From: Amphiscolops sp. MND2022
Taxonomy: Eukaryota
DNA: 64,000 nucleotides
Assembly (NCBI GenBank): GCA_964187785.1
Contig: OZ076417.1
Location: 24,800,001-24,864,000 of the forward strand
Direction of reading: 5' to 3'
The position numbers were made by a program, and so were the translations under genes. Shown piece after piece: positions 25,301 to 37,200 of the stretch. A model generated the notes under the pieces. It was not told where the DNA came from, made no database searches, and worked only from the letters and a program-made list of their open reading frames with translations. Numbering within the stretch: position 1 is the stretch's first letter; each line of letters opens with the position of its first letter.

Positions 25301-28300
25301 TACCTTTATTAGAGTATGCAAATTCAATAAGTGTCCCTCTCGGGCGAGATACTGGAATATAAACTCCTGAGAGAATGACACCGACATTTTTTACATTTTC
25401 TAATCAAGAATAAATCATATGATATATGGTGACTGCAATCCTAGAAGATCATATGACCTTCATCATCAAAGAGGCATCAAAATATTTTAGACAACAAGCG
25501 ACAGTTATTCGTGACATCAAATGAATACCTCCAATTCATTGGTCAGGCGGATTAACCGCATCAAAGCAAAAACAACAAAATGCGGAATTAGAAGTATTCA
25601 TGGTAGGCACGCGTGACTTAATAGGCTACACTATATCAACTGAAGTGCGAATTACATCTAATACAAAATACACCAAAATTGCCTGAATGGGCAATTTGAC
25701 ACATCAATCCATTATTATTAGGGACCGGGTTTGGTAGAAGTACTGAAATGAGAAAAGGACTGTATTACTAATTTCCAATTCCAACATTAGCACCTGCTGG
25801 ATTTCAATGAATTGGTACGCATTAGGGTTTTTACATCAGGAAATAACATTACTACTAATGCAGTTCAATTACAGTACCAATATGGCCGGAATAGGCCAAA
25901 TCCTTAATATTAAATAAGCATCAGTAAAAAATAGGCAAATGGTCTTAGTCGTCGATTAATTCTAAATCCAGAGTATTAGTGGATAATACTGCACAAAAGT
26001 GGTTATTTGGTACAAGAAGCACAAACACAATAATACTGGTTAATTACAAACATAATTGATATCACAACATCATTTTACACAAAATAGCCGAAATCGGCCA
26101 CTTGACTAGAGTACTGAATTATAGCAACTATATTAAGTCAACAGGCCTTTTTCGGCCATTACTAGATGAAAGCGTTATTAATACTGCAAATGATGCAATC
26201 AGATTGGATGATACTCTGTGCTCAAGTGACGCTTTCGGAATATCACTTAGCGTCACTTGAACACATTTTCGTTACTGCCGTATAGTTGTACTCAACTCGT
26301 ATTGGTTTGATTCACATCTACAGCACCTTTTAACTAATTTATCAATTTGATCTAGATTTGCCAAGCAGTATTATTAATAGACTAATACAAACCCCATTAA
26401 GGTACAGAACCATAAAATAGATGAACAAAAATTAAAACACAGGTGAGGTTTACTAGAAGTTTACTAGTTTGCATTTAAAATTTCAGTAAAGTACCTGGGA
26501 CAATTTCCTGGTCTCTCGCGGAAGTTGTTATCGCAGTACGGTCACAGGCGGCAGCCTGCGACAGTCCCTAAATTGGGATTTTTTAATATTTCAAAACAAA
26601 TTTAAGCTTTCAAAAAGTGAAAGGGGCACTTCGCAGGATTATGAACCTTTCCGTTAAAAGTCGCATAGTACTGAAAAACCCTATACGTTCGAGGTTGCAG
26701 AACAACTATAAAAAACTCAAAGAGAGTTTCTTTTAGCCTTTTCGGTACGCTTTGGTTCTTAGGAGTGAAGTCTGTGAAAAGTGGTTTTTTCTTGGAAATG
26801 TTACAAACATTTTTTAAAAAAAAATACAACCAGCTAAACTTGAGAAACCGTACAACGGGATACGAGCACTTTTCAAAATGAACACCATCATATGAACACA
26901 TTAACTTCACAATGTTGAAACGCAGAAATCCGGCATGAAAGATCGGCGTGGCGTCTTCTAAGTTTCTTTAACAAATCTTCATTTCGTCTCTTGGTTCTTC
27001 CCGAAAATATGATACATGTTGCACTTTTTGTAACTTTTTTATATTTTTAACCCTTAAATAGCCCTTTTTCTCCAGACAACGAGTTAAAAAATTGCTTCTA
27101 TGCTGTTCTGTTGGTGTTCTCATATATGTACGAAACAATAATATTTAATATTCTTTTCCGAAACAAGCGAAAATATTTGAAGTGTTTTGCAAAATATTGA
27201 TTTGAATTTCACGGCTTTACGTCTTCACGGTTTTTAATTCCCCGGGTTTCCCGACCAGGCCGATCATAATCTGACCATACTATGGCACCATGTAAATCAT
27301 ACAAATTTCCGTACTATGATCTTGCTATGATCGGCCTGGAATCATATATGGTCCAGAGTATGGTCAGCCTGAAACCATAAACTTTTATGGTCCAGTATGG
27401 AACCATATATGGTCCAGAATATGGACAGCCTGAAATCATAAATGGTCCAGAGTTTGGACAACCTGAAATCATAAAAACCCAAAAGTGCAATTCTTATCAG
27501 ATAAATGTCGGACAAGGCAACCACTTGCGCACAAGATGCACAAAAATTTGTTGCCGAGGTCCTTATGCTGTATTTTTAGGGAGGCACTCAGCTCGTGAGA
27601 TACATAGTATCGCACTTGACGAGACCCACGACAAGAACGTGGCCTCCTTCGGATCTATAGAATTTACGTGGTCGGTGCTTTATGAAACGAACCACAACTA
27701 TTATAGTGATTTTTCGTCGTGTTTTTCATTAATCCGTTCGAAGTGATCATTTTGGCGGGATTCCTACATCCAAAACTCTACAAAAATTCCACCAAGTGGT
27801 GAATTAGCAGGAGGGGTGTTACAATGATGTTCCCCTTCTAAAATTCCCCGAGTCTTGAGGAGGGGTGCCCCATCTAAAATCAACCCCTCGTAAAATCGCA
27901 TCATATGCCGAAAAGTGTATAAGGGTGCACCACTTCAAATTTTTGATAGAGTTTGGTTCCCTGGTTGAGTAATAGCCACTAAAGTCCTGAACGTCTGCCT
28001 TTCACAGCATTAAGCTAGTTTACCCACCGTATGAAATTTATGAAAAACATGTATTCCATAAATGAGTGACTAAATCTTGGTAAAAACTTCGTTATACCTC
28101 GGAGAGATGAATCGTTGCCGTAATACAAAGCTACTTTTTGGAGGAAACATCGAAGTGCAAAATTCCAGTCCTGATATAAAAGTGTTCTTTTCAAAGAAAA
28201 AATAGTACATGTTGCAGCGCAAACCTTACCTTCAAGAAACGTGGGCCCGGCTGAAACACAAGGCAAACAGTTACTATTCAGTTCTCAAAAACTTACTTTT

Positions 28301-28641
28301 TGATGGAAATCATCGCAAAACTAACCGTCCAATAAAAACAAAGTCTTTTCCATGAATGTATGAACCATTGGACCTCGAAAATTGATCCAAAGTTCTTGTG
28401 TTGCGTAGATGCATTCACACTTGCCGCTTGTTTCACTGTATCTCCTCAAATTTGCTTTTGATCCCGTAGTTTTCACACAACTATGGATACATGATGAAAC
28501 ATCGATCGAGAAACTGGTGAAAAGAATAACGTAATCTTCGTTCTCGGGCAAAAAATTTCTCCTTTCTTTAATAATCAGAGATGTGTGTATGTACAAAATG
28601 TGGGATACGAAGTACAATAAGATAGCGAAATGCGCACACAT
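16152..28641 (-). CDS. Host gene: secreted PAN/apple-like + 3 EGF + F-type (fucolectin-like) lectin protein
   Basis: Exons 28641-28326, 28250-28230 (21-nt microexon), 28170-28098, 22498-22139, 21613-21389, 16375-16152, all GT-AG. Junction 28098->22498 is phase 2 vs 1, so an exon is unresolved. Confidence 0.75.
18788..20673 (+). mobile_element. Solo LTR (1886 bp)
   Basis: TGTCGCAGGCTGCC...TACGACA with perfect TSD AAATG; carries a gag N-terminal ORF remnant (~20090-20673). Confidence 0.92.
21389..21613 (-). CDS. Exon, N-terminal half of F-type lectin domain
   Basis: FDG...C...EPWAVLDI...IRILNRLDCC; ATTTTAG acceptor, GTTAGT donor; 225 bp, phase 1-1. Confidence 0.88.
22139..22498 (-). CDS. Exon with three EGF-like repeats (two calcium-binding type)
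   Basis: DEC..., IDTNEC..., EDVNEC... with six-Cys spacing; CCAG acceptor, GTGAGT donor; 360 bp, phase 1-1. Confidence 0.92.
22546..23905. mobile_element. MITE with TIRs CCCTAGTTGAAA and TA TSD (Tc1/mariner-like), with internal insertion ~22800-23560
   Basis: TA|CCCTAGTTGAAACTGC ... GCAATTTCAACTAGGG|TA; body matches copies at 32350-33074 and 47313/61606. Confidence 0.75.
24655..26563 (-). mobile_element. Solo LTR (1909 bp), related to 18788-20673
   Basis: Minus strand TGTCGCAGGCTGCCGCCTGTG...TACGACA; TSD GTTCC/GTCCC; ORF remnant RKSRGLEMFSDIENLD. Confidence 0.9.
27241..27660. mobile_element. Truncated end of the CCCGGG-terminal element
   Basis: Reverse complement of 43870-44071 and 43015-43190; GGTCCAGAGTATGG subrepeats. 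Confidence 0.75.
28326..28641 (-). CDS. Probable first exon: signal peptide + PAN/apple-like module
   Basis: MCAHFAILLYFVSHILY hydrophobic start; SCIHSC...Y....GKCEC; GTTAGT donor, phase 1. Confidence 0.65.
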
Positions 28642-30043
28642 TGATGATGCTTTCGGCTATTTTCCAGTATGCATTCAACTGAACACTTATTCGGTTAGTT
28701 GGTAAGAAAACAGCTCAAAAATCAACATTAGAGGGCCATGAATGATTAAATGAATCTTCGAATTGCCTTTATTGAGTTTCAGAGACGAATTCTTGATTTT
28801 TCTCGAAAGTGAATGTAACTGTCCAAGCAAATAATATAAAAACTAGAAAAGACACACAATGTTGCTTTTGAAGAAAGAATGAGCTGTTCAAATTGTCAAT
28901 GCAAAAAAAAATCAATGGGCAGCTATTCAGAACCAAAGCTGTTAAATCTTACATTGAAGCCTGGTTACTTTTGAGCACATGATAAATATATTTTTAAAAA
29001 ATTAGTCGACTTTGCTACATGTAGTTTTCTTTCAAAAAATTTCTTGAACACGTGGTTAGCCAGATGAAAAACTCGCCATTTACTTGAGTACCTTGAAATC
29101 ATTTGTCAGGACTGATGAAACTTTTCAAATGTTGCATTGATAGACGCAGCTGATCTGGTTTTCTTTGTCACAGAAAACGTGAAATTCAGTACTAGACACG
29201 GCGAAGTTTTGTTAAAACTTCCCTGCAGCTGGAAAAACAGGAAATGCCTGGAATCATTCAGCAGCAATTAAAAAGATAGTGAGATGTTTTCTGTGGTATT
29301 TTGAGTGGAAGAATTTTGTAACAGCACATCAAGATATCTAATTTCGTTGCTAAAACCGTATCAACCGCAAAGTTTAAAAGTATTATTGCGGAATATGTAG
29401 ACGTTTCTGAGTAATCGAGTTTCATTTTAAATGGCTATTACTGCTCGATCTGATTCATTTACATTAGCCCTCCAAATTAGGCATCGACATTTCGTGTCCA
29501 AATTGAATGAGTTTTGAATTTCTCAGTATTTTTAGACAACGCTTTTTGAAACAAAAGGTGGCCGACTCTTACAGTGGCAACTTTTTTTCGTCAGAACACA
29601 AACCTCCAACGGAATGATTCATTTTTGAACAGAGTTTATTCAAGTCGCTAACCGTCTAGAGGTTAGGAGGCCTGCTAAGGAGTTCGAATCCAACAAAGGA
29701 TTGAAATTTTTTCATGTTTGCAAATGTTGGCACGATCAAAGAGTCCATTTTTTTCAGATCTGTGCGACTTTTTTTTTCCAATTTTACTGATTTCCTGTTT
29801 TCACTAAGGAAAACAGGTTTTTCGAGCTTAAATGGTCGCTTTTCGCCTTTGGGTGTGTTGGGCAATCAGCCTTTTTTCGAGGTAAATTTCTCTCGAAAAC
29901 CATGTATTCCCTTGTAGTCGCTTTGTTTATAACTCCAACACTATACGAAAAGACAACACAAAGTGGACATCGCCACATCGACAAAATTGAAAGTATGACA
30001 GAGAACTGTTGGGCCAAAGAAAAACAACAAGTCCAAGAAATTC

Positions 30044-30290
30044 CGTAAGGCGATTGAACCAGCTGTAGATGAAAATCACTCCGATAAAAGAAACGCACTT
30101 TGAAATAGAAATCAAAGAACTTGGTAAACTTGGTAAATTCTAACACTAACACCATCGAAGAAACTCGGAGTTTCTTCGATGGTGTTAGTGTTAGAATTTA
30201 CCAAGTTTACCAAGTTCTTTGATTTCTATTTCAAAGTGCGTTTCTTTTATCGGAGTGATTTTCATCTACAGCTGGTTCAAACGCCTTACG
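30044..30290. repeat. 247-bp palindrome (123-bp arms, 1-nt spacer, 1 mismatch)
   Basis: Centre G30167; mirror ORFs 29784-30155(-) and 30179-30409(+) share their first 34 aa. Confidence 0.97.
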
Positions 30291-31041
30291 CTCGGGCGCG
30301 ACAACAAAAACGGACAGATAAAAAAAAGAGGGTGGCAAATTCGAAATATTTGAAACTTCTGAAGCAAATACTTACGAACTCGTTGAGACAAATCCCCAAC
30401 GTGAGGTAAATATTTGCGTGTAGTACAAAATTCAGAACCCCGCGATTGTTGGTGTCATACGACGCAAACAAATCAAACTTTACGATGGAAGTTTAGCTTT
30501 AGTAGTTGTTGAAAAACACTATCTCGGCAAAAATCTTCATAAATATTGACGTTTAAAGCTAGCTGTTTGCCCAGTTGAATATTGTCTGAAGAACTAAGTA
30601 ATTCCTATATTCCTATTTTTGCCGTTCCGCAAAAACAACAACTTGGTAATTGTCGTGTATGTTCCCGATAAATTTCAGTAGAAATGATTAGTATGGAAAA
30701 TAACTAAGATATAACTTTTAAAAAACGCTACAAAAAGATGCATACAAAAGAGTGAAACTCTTAAAATGATAATAAAAGTATGAAAAATCCGAAACTTTCT
30801 GGAAACATGTGCATGCTTTTTCGGATTTTTCATACTTTTATTATCATTTTAAGAGTTTCACTCTTTACTATCACTTTATTTCTCTTGTTTTCTTCATGTT
30901 GATCAATTTCCACTGCACTTGTCGTATTTGAATTGGCTGACCAAGCAATGGCTTGTTTGATTGAAGCAAGCGAAAATTTCAAATTTTGAACCACAAAATA
31001 TTGAACGATTATACTTTCATTATCGAACAAACAAAAGCCAA

Positions 31042-31266
31042 ATGACATTGAGTCTTAATTCTCTCCTGGTTTTCTACTGTTGTGTGAAAACTGCTGAGCT
31101 GTCTCTCATTGGACCGGATGTGCTAAAAAATCCGGGTTTTTTTCCAGTGGAGACTGAAGGTCGCTTTACTCAAGCATGGTTTGAGTGGAAATCTTTTTAC
31201 CAGAAACGCTACACAAGACGGAGAGAATATCGCATATTTCAAACATGGATGCACAACGTGGAACGG
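31042..31266 (+). CDS. Exon 1: signal peptide + start of I29 prodomain
   Basis: WFEWKSFYQKRY...WMHNVER; GTTTGT donor. Confidence 0.85.
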
Positions 31267-34200
31267 GTTTGTAATTCGAGTTTATATCAGCTGCAAAATA
31301 AATCACATTCTAACAAAAATTGCTTTTCTTGAGAATAAAATTTTCAATTAGCGCTCATTCAAAGCCGGCCTAAATCAGATTTCATAATCTAGTTTGTTTT
31401 TTTTTGGGTCTGAATATCTCTCATTCTATCTGAAACAAATGTATACATTTCGTCATTAACCTGGTGTTCAAAATCTAGCTCTTCATGTGATGTTTCAATT
31501 TTTTCCGAAATTTCACATGAAACTAATTGCTGTCATTTTTTTGAAAAAGATATAGCATTTTCAAACGGGAACACGAACGTAACAAGCCGAGAACGGCCAA
31601 AGTCGGCGCCATATCTAAGGCGCAAAATTGAAAAGGGGGGACCCTTCGGGCTTTGTGAAACTCCAGCTGGCTGCAAAAAATGAAAAAAAAATGAAGGGGG
31701 ACCCTTTGGGGACATGAAAAAATTTCCCGAAAAATTTTTTAAAATGAGATTTTTGAACAGTGTCACAGTGCCGAAAAATGTAAAAGGGGGACCTTTTGGG
31801 ATTTTTCGACATCCATTGTGTTGCAAAATATCGAAACAAATGAAGGGGGGACCCTCTGGTGCAATCCAAAAAACTTCAAAAAAAGTCGCATAGTGCCGAA
31901 AAAAAGTGGGGCTAAGGTGGGATCTTTAGTGTGTTTTCGAGGTTGTGGACGTCTGTTTTGTTTTTTCTTTTCGTTTTGGACGCGCTTCTGAGGTTGGAGT
32001 TGTTGAGGTTTGAAGTTGTTGAGGTTTGAGATTGTTGAACAAATGAACAAAAAAGTGGACCTTTCGTGTCTAAAAAAAACTACCCACTGTAATAGTCGGG
32101 CACATTTTCTACTAAAAAGACAACACTTCGGACAATGAAAGTGTTTTCATTACGTTTTCATAACAACCGAGTGAAGATTGTATGAGGTTCGTTCGATTCC
32201 ATATGAAACACCATATTATTCCCCCATGCATGGATAAAAATGGCAAGCATGAATCTCATTGCTACACAAATGGAATGGCAAGTAGTTAGTTAGTTAGTTA
32301 GTTACCAATTGGTTCTACATGAGGAATTGCATGAAATCCTCCTCATATACCTTGTTGGAACCTTGTATTTAAATGTTGCAGGCAACTTTCATTATGCTTT
32401 TTTATAACTCTTACAAATCTTTCATGCGGAAAATTGTAGTATTGTATATCCCTGTATAGCAATATGGTATTAAAACTTTTATCAAGCTGCTTGAAACATT
32501 CATCAAGTTCTGGCGGCCACTTTAAGCCTTGAAGTTTTGCAAATTTCACTAAGAACCAGTTCTAACACGGAAAGCAAATAAGTTACTACAGTTAGAATCC
32601 GGTTAATAACACACCCTTCGGCCCAAGAATTTTTGTGTTATTATGCGGACTGTGCAATAAAGCGGACTGCGCAATAAGTGCTTTGTGGAAGAGGGAATGG
32701 CTATTTTGGTGTCATCAAACAGATTTTGCCATTATCCGGTGTGTTATTACCTCCGGTGTGTTATTATATCAATTTTACCAACATTTCTTTGCATAATACC
32801 TTCAACCTCGTAAAATGCTGCAAATTAACGTCAACTTCAGCGTCCTATTTGAATAGCGGTGATCACATCAGTTGGGTAGTTGAGAGAACCAAGTGATCGT
32901 GTCGCTGATGAAGTGGGATTTCTTTTAGAACTCAATTACAGTAATGCACAATGCAGTGTAAATCTAGAAAATCTAGAAGATTTAGCACCAGAAGACTACT
33001 GAATTCTCTGATTTGAAAAAATTCCTGCATGCAGGCCTGCCGCAAATGAAAAGTTCCTGCAGTCTCAGCTAGAGTTAGTTCCAGATAATCGCAGAAACTT
33101 TCTGCAGACCTACATGGTTCACGAGGTGATACCATAGAATACTAAAAAATACCCTATGGTCAAATTTGAACAGTTTGAATATTCAAAATAATTTCAGAAC
33201 AAAAATTCTAGTTGAAATTAAAACACTAGGACAAATTTGGTAGTTGGAAAAAAACACTTCAGAAAATAATCATGCTCTATCTCGCACAAAACTAGTTGAA
33301 TTGAAAAACGTCAGTGCTAAACAATATATTTAAAATAGTACTCAATCGTTAACTTGCCAAGGTTTTCAAATTTAATGAAGTAAGTTATTGTTGCGATGTA
33401 ATTGGAACAATTTTTGGACTTTCTTCCGAAGAAGGCAATCTCCTACAAAATATTCAATATGAACGTAAAAAATTATGTCACCGATACGATTTAGGGAAGG
33501 CCCTTGGTGTCGCAGAGTGCCACTTGCGACGGTATACTAGACCAAGCTAACCATGAGGACGATAAAACACTTCCAGCACCAGGCGTCCTATCGATCTAAA
33601 AGTTACTCCGAAACTCTTATTTTATGCTCATTTTTTAATTTTGTACATGAAGAGTTCAAGTGTGTTGAATTTTGCCTTTTTAAACGGCAATTTCAATTTC
33701 GTTATTTTAACCTAAGGTGAAATTGACTGGATACAAATATTCGTTGTGTTTCATCGATCAACATTACGCTAAAAAATAGATTGTTGTATTTGTTTAATTG
33801 CGAACTCAAGATTCAAAGTGCAAAGTGTAATAATCAATGTAAAATTGAATGAAATTACTTTGTGTACAATAATGAATTGATTAAGGTGCTAGTAAATGCA
33901 TGAAAGGAAACGCGTTCAAATGGTACACCGATGCAGTTCAGTTGACGCGTTCTCATAATAGCAACCATCCAATCGTAGCGCTGGTACGTTTAATTACTTA
34001 CTGCAGTCAATAGGACGGTGCGTACATAGTTAGACCGTTGGTGCAGTTATTTTGACGCTTAGTCAAGTGTTTAGTCTGTAGTAGAATACATGATTTTGTG
34101 CTGCTATTATGTATGTACCTGATGTAACTATCTTAACTTTATTAGTATGATAATCATGACCCATTACGTAAGCTGAAGTGACGTCATCTTTACCTTATGT

Positions 34201-37200
34201 TTTACTTTTAGATATTATGATGTAAAAAGTAGGGTGCAATTATTTTTAGACCGTGACATCATATGTTATTTTCGTATTATGACATCCAAAATAACGAGTG
34301 TCATGGTGCTAAATGTATACTCACGGGAGACCGTTACCTCAGGGATGATATTTTAGCTACAATACCACAACTCAGACAACTTGAACAATCACAAACCCGC
34401 AATATTACTCTCATTTCTGTGACAAAACTAGTCTTCGATTTGATTCCTATAAATCTTGGATCTCTTATTTCAACTTGATACTCAATAGTCCCAGTTATAA
34501 TATAAATCTTGCTAGGGAATAATTTCTTTGCCATGCCTTCAACTATGAAGCAAATAGCCAGATAAAAGCGCTCTAGGCAGTCTGACGTAATGTCAGATGT
34601 GGAGAATATGGATATTATGCTAGGCAATTTCCTGAAGACGATTTTGAAAGACAAGAAGTAGCAGGAGAGTTAGAGGTAGACCTTGAGTCAGATAGACTGC
34701 AAAGAGAAATTAGTCAGGCAGGAGGAAACTTCAAATCACTTTTGAACACTAATACAAGTGTAAATAGTGAAATTACTACTGGAACCAGTAGAGCTATCAC
34801 TTCAGAAACTTCTTCCCGAATGTCTAGGGAGCTTGAAGAAGTTAGAATTGATCTGAATGTTCACGTACTTGAAGCGATCAACTCAGCGATTGAAGAAAAG
34901 GTTCTATCAACAATCCAAAGTCCTTTAAATACACATAGTGCAAATTCTATTGCAAAATTGGACCATCGGTCAGACGGACCGCATCAAATTGAAGATTGCG
35001 GAAAGCGCCGTAAAACACGTGTATACTTTCCCAAAGTGAATTGTACAAATACCCACAAGAATAATACCAGAGAGAGGTCAGTAGACACTTACGAGAGTGA
35101 TGGAGGTTACGACACTTGAGGTTTTTTGTTTTTACCAAAAATTTTTTAAATCTGCGTAATAAGGTCGTGAAATTGAAATGCAGTTACATTTTCAATTATG
35201 ATCCCAATTCTGAACGATTGAGACTTTTGCCATAGAAACTCTTTTGTCGAATGCTCATCCAAACACTACAGGGTGAACAAAAAAACCGAACGAGCGAAAA
35301 CTTCAAAACTTCAAATTGGAAATAACTGTAAACAAGGCACATAAAATCTCTCACTTCTCTATCAAACTTGAGTTATCATTACGTAATAATTTTTCTACCT
35401 TTTCAACCGAGGTTGGTTGAAACATTTTGAAACTGTCTTGACATATATACAAGTCAATTCTGTCAAGACCCGCTTCCGATCAGTGTTTCACCTGCCACGA
35501 AGGCATCCATAAAATTGTCGAAGGACACGCTCACGGAAGGAACTACTTGGGTGTTAGTCTATTAAATTCTTCTTGCAGTACAGCTAGATAAGTTGTACGA
35601 AAATTTTCTAGATAATAAAAGCTAACCTAAGGTCAAAGAAAAAATTTGCAAAATGATTTCGATCTAGCTAAAACTTCCGGTCACATACTAATCTAAATTC
35701 ACATACTAACCTAAAAACCAAAACAGAAACAAAGTTCAGAAAAGGAAATTTTCTGGTTTTTTCTCTAGTCTGAAACGAAACATTGAAACGATATTTAATT
35801 GAATCCATGATCCCAACGGAGCCCATATGATCTAATATGAAACAAACCTACAGAGAGTACAATGAAATGTTTTCCAGTACTGCAGTAGCTGTCAAAATTC
35901 ACCTAATTTAAAGTCAAGCAATTCACGAAAAGAGTTACAACGTTTTGACAGCGTCACTCAGCAGAGCTAGTAACCTGTCTTTCGACTTTTACGGACCAAT
36001 AGCGTCGTCCCTTTGTTGAGTAATTTGCTCTCGGTCAAAAAAGAATACTTTTATTGTGACTTCAGTAGCTAAGATTTACCACCAGAAACCAACTGAATTC
36101 TCTGATTTGAAAGAATCCCTGCATGCAGGCCTGCCGCAAATGAAAAGTTCCTGCAGTCTCAGCTAGAGTTAGTTACAGACAATCGCAGAAACTTTCTGCA
36201 GACGTACATGGTTCACGAGGTGATACCATAGAATACTAAAAAATAACCTATGGTCAAATTTGAACAGTTTGAATATTCAATCGACAAAAATAATTTCAGA
36301 ACAAAACGTCTGGTTGAAATTAAAACACTAGGACAAATTTGGTAGTTGGAAAAAAACACTTCAGAAAATATTCATGCTCTATCTCGCACAAAACTAGTTG
36401 AAATGAAAAACGTCAGTGCTAAACAATATATTTAAAATAGTACTCAATCGTTAACTTGCCAAGGTTTTCAAATTTAATGAAGTAAGTTTTTGTTGCGATG
36501 TAATTGGAACAATTTTTGGATTTTCTTCCGAAGAAGGCAATCTCGTAAAAAATATTCAATATGAACGGTAAAAACTATGTCACCGATACGAATTAGGGAA
36601 GGCCCTTGGTGTCGCAGAGTGCCACCTGCGACGGTATACTAGACCAAGCTAACCATGAAGACGATAATACACTTCCAGCCTCAGGCGTCCTATCGGTCCA
36701 AAAGTACCTCCAAAACTCCTATTTTATGCTCAGTTTTCAAATTTGTACATGAAAAGTTCAAGTGTGCTGAATTTTGCCTTTTTAAACCGCAATTTCAATT
36801 TCGTTATTTTGACCTAAAGTGAAATTGACTGGATACAAATATTCGTTGTCTTTTATCAATCAACATTACGCTAAAATATAGATTGTTGTATTTGTTTAAT
36901 TGCGAACTCAAGATTCAAAGTGCAAAGAGTAATAATCAAAGTAAAATTGAATAAATTTACTTTGTGTACAATAATGAATTGATTAAGGTGCTAGTAAATG
37001 CATGGAAGGAAACGCGTTCAATACACCGATGCAGTTCAGTTGACGCGTTTTCATATTAGCAATCATCCAATCATAGCGCTTGTACGTTTTATTACTTACT
37101 GCAGTCAATAGGACGGTGCGTAAATAGTTAGACCGTTGGTGCAGTTCTTTTGACGCTTAGTCAAGTGTTTATTCTGTAGTAGAATACTCAATTTTGTGCT

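Noticed and set aside
27342-27746. ORFs with GPEYGQPEII repeats (also 43816-43998) and Phe/Pro/Gly-rich ORFs at 31533-32050
   Set aside because: Translations of repeat-element subrepeats.
29830-29875. Hammerhead-like CTGATT-GCC...GGC-GAAA on the minus strand
   Set aside because: Core is not CUGANGA and stems I/III were not found.
29784-30409. Twin ORFs starting MVLVLEFTKFTKFF
   Set aside because: Mirror products of the palindrome; no coding signature.
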